A stretch of 64,000 nt of DNA, taken from the NCBI RefSeq assembly GCF_001447785.1, contig NW_015167086.1, forward strand, positions 62,001 to 126,000. Reading direction: 5' to 3'. A model generated the notes under the pieces. It was given only the letters and a program-made list of their open reading frames with translations. It made no database searches and had not been told where the DNA came from. Below are positions 1-11,626 of this stretch, piece after piece. Source of the stretch: Gekko japonicus. Its lineage: Eukaryota. How positions within the stretch are numbered: position 1 is the first letter of the stretch; every line of letters starts with the position of its first letter. The position numbers and the translations under genes were made by a program.

Positions 1-722
1 TAGATTTGCGATCTCGTGTATTTTGCTATCATGGTTTATTCCTACTGGCAGCTCCCTGAACACTGGCTCACTTCTGTTACTTTTAGCTGAAAGGAACAGA
101 CAGGCAGGTACATTTTTTCACTCCACTGGGACAACTGCCAGTCCAAAGCAGGAAATCTGACAATCTGCACTGATTCCATGCTCTCCCCTCCCTTGCCCAG
201 TCAGCCATGACTGGGCGAGCAGGCCGAGGCCTACACAGGACGAATCCCTTTGCCATGTGGAGACTGCAGAGCTTCATCTCTGGCTTTACAGGGCTGTCAG
301 AAAGATTAATGAGGAAACAGTATCGTACAGATATTCTTCAGTGGTTTTTTAATGAAAGGGGGGGTTCAGCAAGAGGTCAGTCGCTTGGCGCATGCCAAGG
401 TCTGCTTCTTTTCTAACCCTCTTGCTTTGCTTCTGTTTCAAACCCTTCAGCCAGGCCTTGCTCGTTCACTTTTTTCCCTTCTACAACCCTCATTCCCAAA
501 GAAAAACTTCTGTCATCCTCTGAGGCAAATGGACAGAAATGGCATTAAAAGTAAGGCTATAAGCAGAAGACGGGGGAGTGGGCAGCCAGTCTCTTCTGCA
601 CACAATCCTTGATGACATGGCTAACTGTTTAAAAGGAATTGCACAACAGCCCAGCCCCGATTTTTTTTTTGGGGGGGGGGAATCAATGTCATTTGGTTGA
701 AGAACTTTACAGGAGTCCCCAA

Positions 723-1007
723 TACGGCTGCCAAGTCCCCCCGGGGGTCAGATTTCCCCCCGCTTTGGAGGCCCGATTTCTGCCCCCGCGGAATCGGGCC
801 CCGGGGGAAAGCCCACCCCCGCGTGCACGTCACCCGGATGTGACGTCATGATGCCGGGCACGCTGGGGGCGGGGCCTCAGCCATTTGAGGGAAAAACTCT
901 ATGATGTGACGTGCATGCGGCGTGCGCGTGCTCTGCGCGCATGCACACGCTCTGGGAGCTACCCCAGAGTCCCCCACCGGTGAGGTAAGTCCAATTTGGC
1001 AACCCTA
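723..1007 (+). mobile_element. CpG-rich hAT-type MITE (TAGGG(C/T)TGCCA termini), copy 1
   Basis: Termini tacggctgcca/tggcaacccta; 8-bp TSD gtccccaa. Confidence 0.85.
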
Positions 1008-2008
1008 GTCCCCAACCTTTTGGAGCTTGTGGGGGCACCTTTGAAATTCTGAGCCTGTGGGCACCTTTGGAATTCTGAGACACAGTGTTGGGGGCAACCA
1101 TAAAATGGCTGCCATAGGAGGAGGTGCCAACCACAAAATGTCTGCTAGTAACTCTTCAACATTCCAGGCAGAAGTTCAGTTTGACCAGATCCCTTTTTAA
1201 ATGAACATGGTGTTTAGAAACATTTCCTTGCCTACACACAGCTTACCTTCAGTCACACAGCGAAGAACCTTGCGGTGTAGTGGCAAGTGCTGCTAAAGCA
1301 ACTTCTAAAATAAGTTGCACAGCCAATCAGATCTCCAGTGGCCAATCAGAGGCCCTGTTAGGCAAAACCCCCACCTGCCCCTACTCTCTTTCTCAAAACA
1401 CTTGGCAGGCGCCAGAAAAGGTGTTGGCAGGCGCCAAGCGGGGAACGCCAAGCAGATGTATCATCATTATTTTGTTGTACATGGCATATTGCAGAAATCC
1501 ATAGGCAAAAAAGACGGACTCTTGTCCCCATGGAGTCTGCATTCTAGCAGTGGGGTAGCCCAGTATAACAGATATAAGTGAGCAAATGCAGAGAAAACAT
1601 CAAAGGGTCTTAAAGACAGTTTTATTGTGGCATTGTTTTTATGGACTTTAGTCTGCTTATCCTGCAGTCAGGATTGCCAGCTGATAAACTGGTCCCTCTA
1701 GCTGCCCCTTTAATACCAGTTTGATCCACAGCAAATAACAGCTCATGTTGTTTAGCTCCCTGCCCACGAGAAGCTTCAACTGCCCATTTGTACACCTTAA
1801 GCTAATGTTAAAGGGACAAGACATTTTTTTCTCCAGGACTGTTGGCAATAAAAGCTTACGGTTCCATCATCACAAGTCTCTTCATTAACTCTGGAGATGA
1901 GGGACTGAGGGGTTAAACCAAATAATAGATTTATCTGTAATAAAAAGGGACGGAATCTGTGAAAACTGGAAAATGCAGTAGAAAAGAGCAAGAGTCTAGT
2001 AGCACCTT

Positions 2009-2317
2009 AAAGGTAAAGGTTCCCTTGCTCGAAAGCCAGTCGAATCCGACTCTAGGGTTGCGGTGCTCATCTCCGTTTCAAAGCCGAAGAGCCAGCGCTG
2101 TCCGAAGACGTTTCCGTGGTCATGTGGCCGGCATGACTAAACACCAAGGCGCACGGAATGCTGTTACCTTCCCACTTAAGTGGTACCTATTTATCTACTT
2201 GCAATTTCTTGCTTTCGAACTGCTAGGTTGGCAGGAGCTGGAACTAGAGACGGGAGCTCACTCCATCATGCGGCACTCGAGTCTCGAACTGCTGAACTAC
2301 TGACCTTCCACAGCCTG
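2009..2317 (-). mobile_element. Sauria SINE inserted in a Penelope-like remnant
   Basis: Reverse complement of the Sauria SINE body (gagctcccgtc...cctgccaacctagcagttcgaaagc...) with (ACCTTT)n tail. Confidence 0.85.
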
Positions 2318-2946
2318 CCTTAAAAACTAACAAAGTTTGTGGCAGAGTCACGAAAGGTCATACCCTGCCACAGGTTTTGTTAGTCTTTAAGGTGCTACTG
2401 GACCCATTGTGAAAAACACAAGTATTCCCTAATCTGCTCTCTTGTCTTAGCCCTTCCACATCTGTCCCTTGCTCTTCTCCTAGCAGTGGGCATTCTCTCC
2501 CACACACCTCTCCCCTGCCCTCCCTCCTCCCCTCCTGTCTTGTATTTCCTCTCTCCCCACCACAGCTGCTGTGCCCCACCCCAGGTCTGCCTCCCTAAGG
2601 AATGCACCAAGTCTGAGTCACCCGCTCAGGCTCCTAAATAAGGCCTGGCAGAGCAGGGGGTGGGGAGCCGGGAATCCATGCAGCTGTTGCCTGACTGGGT
2701 TCAGCCAAGAACCCCCCCCCCCCGCGCTCAGAATCTCCTTTTCTCACAGAATGCACAGCAACAAGGGAACCGGCTGAAAGCAGAACCAGATTCTCTGGGG
2801 GTGAGGGCAGGACCGGGGGAAATACGCACTTTCTACACAAGAGTGTGTGAACAGCAGTAGTACAAACGCCAGCAGATAGCCCTGTTAGTTTCATTCAGCA
2901 CAAACAAGCAAGGATCAAGGGGCACATTAGAGAATAATAGATGAAG

Positions 2947-3455
2947 GGCTGCGGTCACACGGAGCATTAGCCACGCTACAGAGACGGAAGATAGGCGGAT
3001 TTTCCGGGCGCGATCAAACCGCAACATCTGGGAAGCGCAGAGCTCCCATGGCGAACACGAGGCTTCCCTCCAAAAATGTGCCATCAAAAACTAGTACCTC
3101 CGAGGTACTAGTTTCTGGAAACCTTGGGGCAAGGGCGGGAGTCTGATCACGTTTCCGGTGGTAGCTCGTGGCATCCGGCGCCCGCCCATGTCCCGTCGCA
3201 AAAAGGGTTTTTTCCCCCAAGTCTCCACGGGATGCGCACAAGCACCCAACAGCGCATGCGCACACTTCGGTTTAAAAAAAACACCCCACAACCCCCGCCG
3301 TGCCGCTTCTTTGCCGCGCCGCAGGATTGACATATGATCGGCACCTCCCCCCTGAACCATGGGACGTTTGATCCGGTGGCCGTGCGGTAGTTCGCTCCGG
3401 GGCAAACAGCCATGCCCCACCCCCACCGCGATATCCGGCCCGTGTGACCGGGGCC
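2947..3455. mobile_element. CpG-rich MITE with Harbinger-like GGC termini
   Basis: TIRs ggctgcggtcacacgg / ccgtgtgaccggggcc; a related left end ggccccgttcacacgg starts at 4271. Confidence 0.6.
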
Positions 3456-3789
3456 ATATTATGGTTTCTGTAACCTACCTCACAGGGTTGTTGTGAAGAT
3501 AAAATGGAGGAGAGGAGAACATTCTAAGCTGCTTTGGGTTCCCATTGGGGAGAAAGGTGGGGTACAAATGAATTAAATAATAAATAAAATATAAACTATG
3601 ACGTCCCAGCCTTTCCTTAAGAGACTCAGGGCATATACATGATATTGTTCCCCACCCCCTCCATTTTATTTCTCACAGCTCACTGACAGACTGACCAGAA
3701 GTCACCTACTGAGTTTGAACATGGGTGCAACCAGTCTTAGGTCTGGTTCACACACACAAGGCCACAAGGTAGTGGCAGAGTCCAGAGGT

Positions 3790-4092
3790 TAGGGCTGCCA
3801 AATGCCCCCGGGGGGCGGATTTCCCTCCGCTTTTGAGCCCCGCTTTCCGCTCCCGCGGAATCGGGGCCCGGGGAAACCCCACCCCCGCGTGCGCGTCACC
3901 CGGAAGTGACGTTGCACGCAGGGGGCGGGGCCACGCCATTTGAGGGGGAAACTCTTTGTTTTCCCCTCAAATGGCGTGGCCCCGTTCCCAGCGCGCGATG
4001 TCATTTCCGGGTGACGCGCACGCTGTGCGCGCACGTTCCAGACACCGGCCGGGAGCCCCCCGCTCCCAACCAAAACATATTTGGCAACCCTA
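3790..4092 (+). mobile_element. CpG-rich hAT-type MITE, copy 2
   Basis: TIRs tagggctgcca/tggcaacccta; 8-bp TSD ccagaggt. Confidence 0.9.
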
Positions 4093-5170
4093 CCAGAGGT
4101 GGTAGAACAGACTGCACCCACTTCAGACTGCAGATGGAGGAACATGTTTTTGGAACATGTCACTGTGCAGAAAAGTCTCTAAAAACTATCACAGCATGCA
4201 AAGGGGGGGGGATAGAACCGTTTTCCCTGTTGTGCTACTTTTCTATATGCACGGACTTTTAAAATATGAAGGCCCCGTTCACACGGCGAATTTGCTGCGG
4301 GAGAGCCACGGGTGGTGGGTGGATTATTCGTGCACGATCACACCCCAACACCGGGAAGTGGAGCGCATCCGTGGCTTACCGCTGAAAACGCACGATAAAA
4401 AAGTAGTACCTCCAAAGTACTGGCAAACGGTTTGCCACGGGCTGCCTCTGGATGCCTGTGGTGTGATCGCGCTGGTGCGCGGCTTTCCCCTCCGGCCCCT
4501 CGTTTACCCACCGGCACCAAGGGAAGGACCCGTGGTGTGCCACTGGCGTGTCTGATCGTATAATCGCGGATCAAACTGCGCCAGGGCAATTTGCCACACC
4601 TCCCCCCCCCCCCCCCCCCCGCCCCCCCCCCCGCCCGGGTAACATTGGCTGTTGGAATTTGCCACCTCAGATATGAAGTGGTGCTGCAGTCCCTTCTAAG
4701 GAGACTGTTTCACACAGTGGCCAAGCAGTTGCCCCCAAAGTCTCAAAACCCTTCAGGCCTCTTGTAGGCTTGCCAGACCTAAGCCAGCAGCCACTGGGAA
4801 AAATCTGGGGCAGGGCCTGTTGTGTCAGTGTTGTACCAGTGCCTTGACATCATTTCCAGTCAAAACAAAACAGAAGTGATGCCATTGGATGCGCTAGAAT
4901 TAAAAAAAAAAGCTATAGTTTTACCATAGAGTTCTTGTAAATTCTAGAGTGTCCACAACATCACTTCCAGTTTTTACCGGAAGTGACATTAGCAATGCTG
5001 GCACATGATTCCTCCCCATTCCCTTCCACTGGCATCTCAGGTGCTGTTGGGCAAAGCAACAGGGTAACAGGAGGTCTCCCACTATAGTGGGAAGCCTGAC
5101 ATCCCTACTCTGCCATCACATCAGACCTCATTCTCTCCATGTGTGAACTAGGCCTGAGTCCAGCCACCAC

Positions 5171-5487
5171 TAGGGCTGCCAAGTGGGGGCGGGGGGCGGG
5201 GAAACCCCTGCTTTGGAGGCCCGATTTCCGCTGCGGCGGAATCGGGCCCCGGGGGGAACGCCGCCCCCTGAAGCTGCATCACCAGAGGTGACGCAGCCAC
5301 GTCGCTCAAATTGGGGCCGTGGCCCAGATCGTCGGGGGGGGAACCATATGGTTTCCCCCCCCCATGTTCTGGGCCACGCCCCCAACGTGAGCAACGAAGC
5401 ATGCCACTTCCTGTGACGTCCTGGGAGAGCTCCCGGAGCCCGGTAAGGCTCCCCCGCCGGCAAGGGTAAGTACACTTGGCAACCCTA
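5171..5487 (+). mobile_element. CpG-rich hAT-type MITE, copy 3
   Basis: Same TIRs; 8-bp TSD gccaccac. Confidence 0.9.
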
Positions 5488-6015
5488 GCCACCACTCTAT
5501 ACCATATACTCAGGCCCTTTCAGAGTTCTGGAGAGCCAACTTTTGTGACCCTGGCCGTAAAAAATTTAAATGATGACATCAGGAAACAAAATGAAGCACC
5601 TCAGAAAGAGTAACAAAGTCTGTATCAGTTAATAAAAATGCATGGCTTTTACCATAGCCAAGAGGCTGTGGCACATTTTGAACAAACTGTAAAATGTATT
5701 AGATGCAAGTACATATTAGCAGGTATCTAAATCTGAAGCCCCTTTTGACCATGAGGGATTAACAAATGGCCCTTCCTCCTCTGATTGGCCCTAAGTGTAC
5801 TACATCATTGCTACTATACAAAGCCAGTTGGATGTGGTATCTTTCTACTCAGCTATGGAGCTTAGGATGGAAGGCTTTAAGTTGCCAACTTTTTTACCAG
5901 TTGCTGCTCCTGTGCCTTTAATAGCACCTTGATCTACACGCTTTAGCATACCATGACAAGCTTCACTCACTGGTTCCTACCACTCAAGTACCTGTTAAAA
6001 GCACAGCAGTAAGCC

Positions 6016-6170
6016 AGGGACGGCAAAGGATGAGATGGTTGGACAGTGTCATAGATGCAACGAACATGAAGTTGAGCAAACTTCAGAGGACAGCGGAGGA
6101 CAGGAGGGCCTGGTGGGATCTAGTCCATGGGGTCGCGAAGAGTCGGACTCGACTGTGCGACTGAACAACA
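6016..6170 (+). mobile_element. BovB/RTE LINE 3' end
   Basis: GRQRMRWLDSV-coding tail ending (CAA)n; flanked by aagccagg repeats. Confidence 0.8.
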
Positions 6171-6963
6171 AGCCAGGCTAGGTTTTCTCCAAGCTGGCAA
6201 CTTTGGTGGCTTTGGGCAAGCTGTTACTTCTCCAGTAGCACTAAGGTGCTACTGAACTCAAATCTAGCTATTCGACTGCAGACCAACATGGCTATCCCCT
6301 GAAACTATTTCACAGGAATATTTTGAGGCTAATAGGTCTGTTCTTAGCTCCTTGGAAGATGAGAAACAAACATAATAAAGATATCAAAATTAGCCCCCCC
6401 CCTTCATCTAACCCCTCAAATGGTGTGTTCCTTTCCTCTTCTATTCATGCCTACCACCTTATGCTTTTAAACTGCAGATGCCGCGGATTGAACCTGGGAT
6501 TTCCTGCATGCCAAGCAGATGCTCTGACACTAAGCCATGGCCTCCTCCCTAAATGAACTTTGCCTAGACTAATTTGTCAGGGCTCAAAACTCTCTGTGAT
6601 TTCTTTACTCCTCGCAATGGAAAAATATATCAAGCAGTAAAAATGCCTTAACGCAGTGATCCCCAATGGGGTGTCTGCCAATGTGTTTCTTGGTGCCCAG
6701 TTCCTTTTTTTCTCCAGAGAATATTTTCTTCAAAGCAGAGAGTCATACCTGCCTTGCCTCACTGGAGAAAGAGGAGCCCAGAAAGCATCATCTCTATATC
6801 CACAAGGAGCACCCCACCCCAGGTTTCATGCCCCCACCCCAGGTTTCATGGCACCTCATAGCTTTTCGTGATAGGTTCCCACCATCCTTCCATGGCAGCC
6901 ATTTTATTGCAGCCCCTATTTCTGTGATTCTCAGCATTCTCAGCATTCCAAAAGTGCCCACAG

Positions 6964-7263
6964 TAGGGTTGCCAAGTCCTTACTGCATGTAGAGCGGGGG
7001 ACTCCAACGCTGCTCCGGGAGTCTGTGCGCGCACTGCAGTTATGTCACCTGGAAGTGACGCAACCACGTCGGGCACGCCAGGGGCGGGGCCACAATCATC
7101 CGAGGGAAAACCGTAGAGTTTTCCCTCGGATGACCGCAGCCCCGCCCCCAACGCGCCCGTGCTTTGGGGGTGGGGTTCCCCCGGGGCCCGATCCGCTGGC
7201 AGCGGGTAACGGGCCTCTCAGGCGGGGGTTTCCCCGGCCCCCGGGGGGGACTTGGCAAGCCTA
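6964..7263 (-). mobile_element. CpG-rich hAT-type MITE, copy 4 (inverted)
   Basis: TIRs tagggttgcca/tggcaagccta; 8-bp TSD gcccacag. Confidence 0.9.
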
Positions 7264-7633
7264 GCCCACAGGGTCAACACGGTTGGGGACCCTGCCTGAA
7301 TAAATTGCCTTTCTGTCACAACCCACTCATTACACATTTCGGAGTAGGGTTACTCCAAATATACAGTTGCCTCAGTTGTGAAGGAGAGGCTGGGGCCCCC
7401 GATACAAAAAGTGAACTGTGAGGCTAACCGCTGGTGAGGCTTTGCTCAGATTATGTCCTGTGCGCCATTCCATTTTTCCAAAATTCTAGAAGAAAATGGC
7501 CTCACCTTCGCCTGTGGGGTTGATAGCAGTGTGATATGCAGGATTCAGGGGGTGAAGGTTTTTCAAGGCATGGAAATAAGAATTATCACCTGGCATCGGA
7601 GGTTCCTATTCAACCAGCGGTTTCTTTCCCCAA

Positions 7634-7636
<3 letters not shown>

Positions 7637-7692
<56 letters not shown>
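7637..7692. repeat. (GT)n microsatellite
   Basis: About 28 perfect GT units. Confidence 0.95.
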
Positions 7693-7695
<3 letters not shown>

Positions 7696-8254
7696 GTGCT
7701 GTCAAGACACAGCCGACTCATGGTGACCCCAGCAAGGGGCTGTCAAGGCAAGGGAGAAGCAGAGGTGGTTGGCCATGGCCTTTCCTCAGCAGTGTGCTCC
7801 TTGGTGGTCTCCCTTCCAAGTACTGACCCTGCTTAGAATCTGAGATCTGAGGGGATCAGGCTATACTATGCCACTTTTCCTCCTTCCCCAAACATTTCCA
7901 AACACCTTTCTGGCCTCCTTCAGACATTTCCCGTTCTTTGTCCTCTATTTTCAGTTTGGTATAATGATGCCAGCCTCCAGTTGGGACCTGGAGATCCCCC
8001 GGAATTACTGCTCATCTCCAGAGATCAGTCCCCCTGGAGGACCTTTGGAGGGTGGACTCTCTGGTAGTGTACCCCACTGAGGTCCCGGTAGTGTACCCCT
8101 GTCCTCCTCAGGCTTCATCCCCAAATCTCCAGGAGCCCCCCCAATCTGGAGCTGGCAATGCTACCCTCCCACCCCCCACTGGTGCCCATGTGGATCTGGC
8201 AACTCTTAAGGCCTGCATCAACCCACATCCCCTTCTTGGCCGCCCTCCAGCTTC

Positions 8255-8531
8255 GTGTAGTGGTTAAGTGCACGGACTCTAATCTGGGAGAACCGGGTTT
8301 GATTCCCAACTCCTCCACTTGCACCTGCTGGTGTGACCTTGGGTCAGTCACAAGCTCTGGCACAGCTGTCCTTGAAAAAGAGCAGTTTCTGTCAAGAGCT
8401 CTCTCAGCCCCACCCACCTCACAGGGTGCCTGTTGTGGGGAGGGGAAGGGAAAGGAGTTTGTAAGCCGCTCTGAGACTACTCTGGGTAGTGAAGGGCGGG
8501 GGGATAAATCCAATCTCTTCTCTTCTTCTTC
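8255..8531 (+). mobile_element. tRNA-derived squamate SINE (Squam3-like); further copies at ~13010-13280(-), 16264-16538(-), 32050-32310(+), 36138-36630(+), 47612-47885(+)
   Basis: Head gtgtagtggttaag...gggtttgattccc (A/B boxes), shared body and (CTT)n tail. Confidence 0.8.
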
Positions 8532-11232
8532 CTCCCTGTGGCTTTAATGACAGCTTGATCAGCAGGCAGTTGGGAACCGATATTGCTTATGTTATCTCCA
8601 GACTGTGGAAAGTTTCTTCTCCTATTTTTTTGCCAATCAAGCTGTTTTTAAAGGCACAGGAGCAAGCCCGACTGGCTGGCAACCTTGTCTTCTTCTCTGT
8701 TTTGCCCATAAAGAAATCCCTAGATGTGAAACACCCGGCTCCTTCCCTGCTTCTCCCCTAGTCATTAATAGACCTCAGTTAATTGAGATTTAGCTGGGAT
8801 TAATTCCCATGGGAACTGCTTGAGAAGAAGATAAGATCAAGGACCCCCCACGTCGTTGAACTCTGGGTAGGGGGGACTGGGGAGAAATTAGATTGGTGGT
8901 GGGTAGGGATTGGGGTCTAAAACAGTCACTGGCAAAGGAGATCATCAACACTGTCATGATGGCAGAGTGCTGGAGAAAAGGCGGCCCAGTCCACTTTAAA
9001 ACAAAGGGGGGGGGGAATGAGCCTTCCTGAGCCATTCTGAGTTTGAGCACGGCAGGCTTTTAAAAATTAGAATTAGTCGCAGACTGTCAAAGTGCGATGA
9101 GTGAGGTACTTTGAGACCCTTAGGGTCCCCTTCACGATGACCCTGTCAGAAAAAGCTGGTAAAATTGGACAGAGGGAGACTGACTCAGACTGTGGTTGAA
9201 TTTGTGCCTCAGAATGTATGGCCTTCCATTCAGGCCTTCCATGTTGAAGTCTGCCTTTTAGGGCAACCTGACTTTCAGGATCGATCTGTCCAGGGGTCAT
9301 TTCGTAGAAGAAGAGATGCAGGCGCTCATTAGCATAACTCATTAGCACAACTTATTTGCATATGCCACACCCCCTGACATCACCGGAAGCTCAGGCCCCA
9401 CTGGACTCTTTTGGATTGCTAGCTATGGGGGGAGGGGGACGTGCAGATCTGTCCTCGCAGAGGAGGGAGAGCTTGTACCTGAATAAAACTTGGTCTTAAA
9501 GGTGCCACTGGACTGTTTTGGAGCGGGGGGGAGGGGCTCTGCAGCTTACCTGGCTGCTTCCTGCTCTGACTGAGGGCTGCTGGGAGCAGGGGGTGGGGCT
9601 TGTTGCATGTGCCCACCCCCTGGGCTCTTTACTGGCGGAGCTCTGCTCCTGTGCGCTCCTGCAGGAAAAGACCCCTGGATCTGTCCATTCTGTCAGATTT
9701 TTATCCCACCCTCCCTTTCCTCGAAGGAGCCGGGGGGGGGGGGGCGGGCATCTGTCCTATACTCACAACAACCCCATGAGATGGGTTTTACTGGAAGAGA
9801 ACAACTTGCCCACCGCTTCAGGGTGGAGTTAGGTTGCCGACTGCCTGGAGGAAAAAGCAGTATGCCGCTTTCATAGAGGTTTAATGGAATGGTCTTTACC
9901 AAGTGATGATATTTACTTTCATGCCAGGAAAAGCTTCAGCTGCTCTTTTTCTCACATTAAACCTCTATTAAAGAGATGGGACATTTTTTTTTTCTCCAGG
10001 TCTGTTGGAGTGGGGATATGATCTCCCCAGTAATAACCTGAAGCTCTAACCACTACATGACATTTGCCTTGCGTCAGGTAGGAGCACGAGGGCAGCATGA
10101 GGTAGTGTTTTGTATCATTCAGAAAAGGGAACTGAGGTAAATGGAGCTCCTGAGGGCCTTTAATGGCTATGCAGTAGGCAGAAATTCAACAGGTGAAGAC
10201 CTTTCTAACAAGGAGATGGACTGAAGTGGGCAAAGTCAGCTCTGTATACTGACTGTCCTCTGTAACTTATTTCTTAAAACTACTGGGGTTCACACCTGCC
10301 TGCAAGCTATATTTTCTATTCCTGAAGCAATGACTCTTCCCCAAGTGTGTCAAGCAAGGCTGCTAAAGGGAATGCACTCTGCACAAGTTTGGAGGTGCCC
10401 TCCTCATTACTTTCCATATCCCAGGCTGAACCTTGAAATTGGGTTCCAGTGATGAGACCACAGCTCCCGGACCAAGCCTCACCCATTTCTATCACCGAGG
10501 TCTTGTTGTATGGGTACCTTTACTGCCACCTGGCTCTAACGCCAACCCAGCTCCACAAGATTATCCATCAGGTGGCAACGTTTTCAGGGGTGCTGGTGAG
10601 GCCATGAGCCACATGAGGCATACGCATCAGGCCACCTTGTAATATGGCAGACCGTTCAGAGGGTAGAAACTGTGGGGAGAAATGATGGGAAACTGCTCAG
10701 CCACTCCAAGAGTAAGGAGAAATCCTGCCCCAATGGATGAAATGTAGAGAGCCACGGGAAGGGCTAGAGGGAGAGAACTTCAAGAAGGTACCTTTTGCAA
10801 TGTATAACTATTTTACTGAATTTTAATGCTTTAGATTATTTATTTTGGGGGACATTTCTATGCCACTTTTCTCCCCAAAGGTATCCAAAGTGTCCTGCAG
10901 AAATACAGAATAACCAATTTAAACAAGCAAAACAAACAGGAAAAAAATACATTCTGGGCAGGCTCCAGGCCCTGGGCTGAGAGCTCTTTGGATCTTGCTC
11001 CTCGACCCGCGTCTCTGGTCATGCCCAGTAGGCTAAGTTCCTGCAAGCAGAGGAGAAAACAAATGCAGCCCAGACGGGCCTCAGCAGCATCTTTCCAGTT
11101 TCCTCTCCAGCCAGGTATCTCAGGTTTTAATTTTCTTATCATGTCTGCTGCCTCAAAAGGTTGGGCAGAAAGTCAACAGAGAAGTACTTTCAATAGATCG
11201 ATAAAGAATGCACTCTTGGATAGGGTTGCCAG

Positions 11233-11626
11233 CAGGGCTCTTTTTGTAGAAAAAGCCCAGCAGGAACTCATTAGCATAATAGGCCACACCCAACAGCAAA
11301 ACTCATTAGCCTATTAGGCCACACCCTGACAGCACCACTCATTAGCACATTAGGCCACACCCCCATGTTACCAGAAGTGTGCTCATCCAGCCACACCCAC
11401 CTTTCCCTTCTTATTCTGTTTACCTTGTTTGTTGTCAAAACCCAGGGCTTTTTTTGTAGCAGGAACTCCTTTGCATGTTAGGCCACACACCCCTAATGTA
11501 GCCAATCCTAATGAGTTTCTGCTGTTGGGTGTGGCCTATTATGCTAATGAGTTCCTGCTGGGCGTGGCCAATTCAGGAGCCAGCCGGAACTCCGTTCCTG
11601 TGCGTTACTGCCCAAAAATAGCCCTG
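11233..11626. mobile_element. hAT-type non-autonomous element nested in an older TAGGGTTGCCA element
   Basis: TIRs cagggct/agccctg; 8-bp TSD gttgccag; internal repeats actcattagcatattaggccacacc. Confidence 0.8.
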
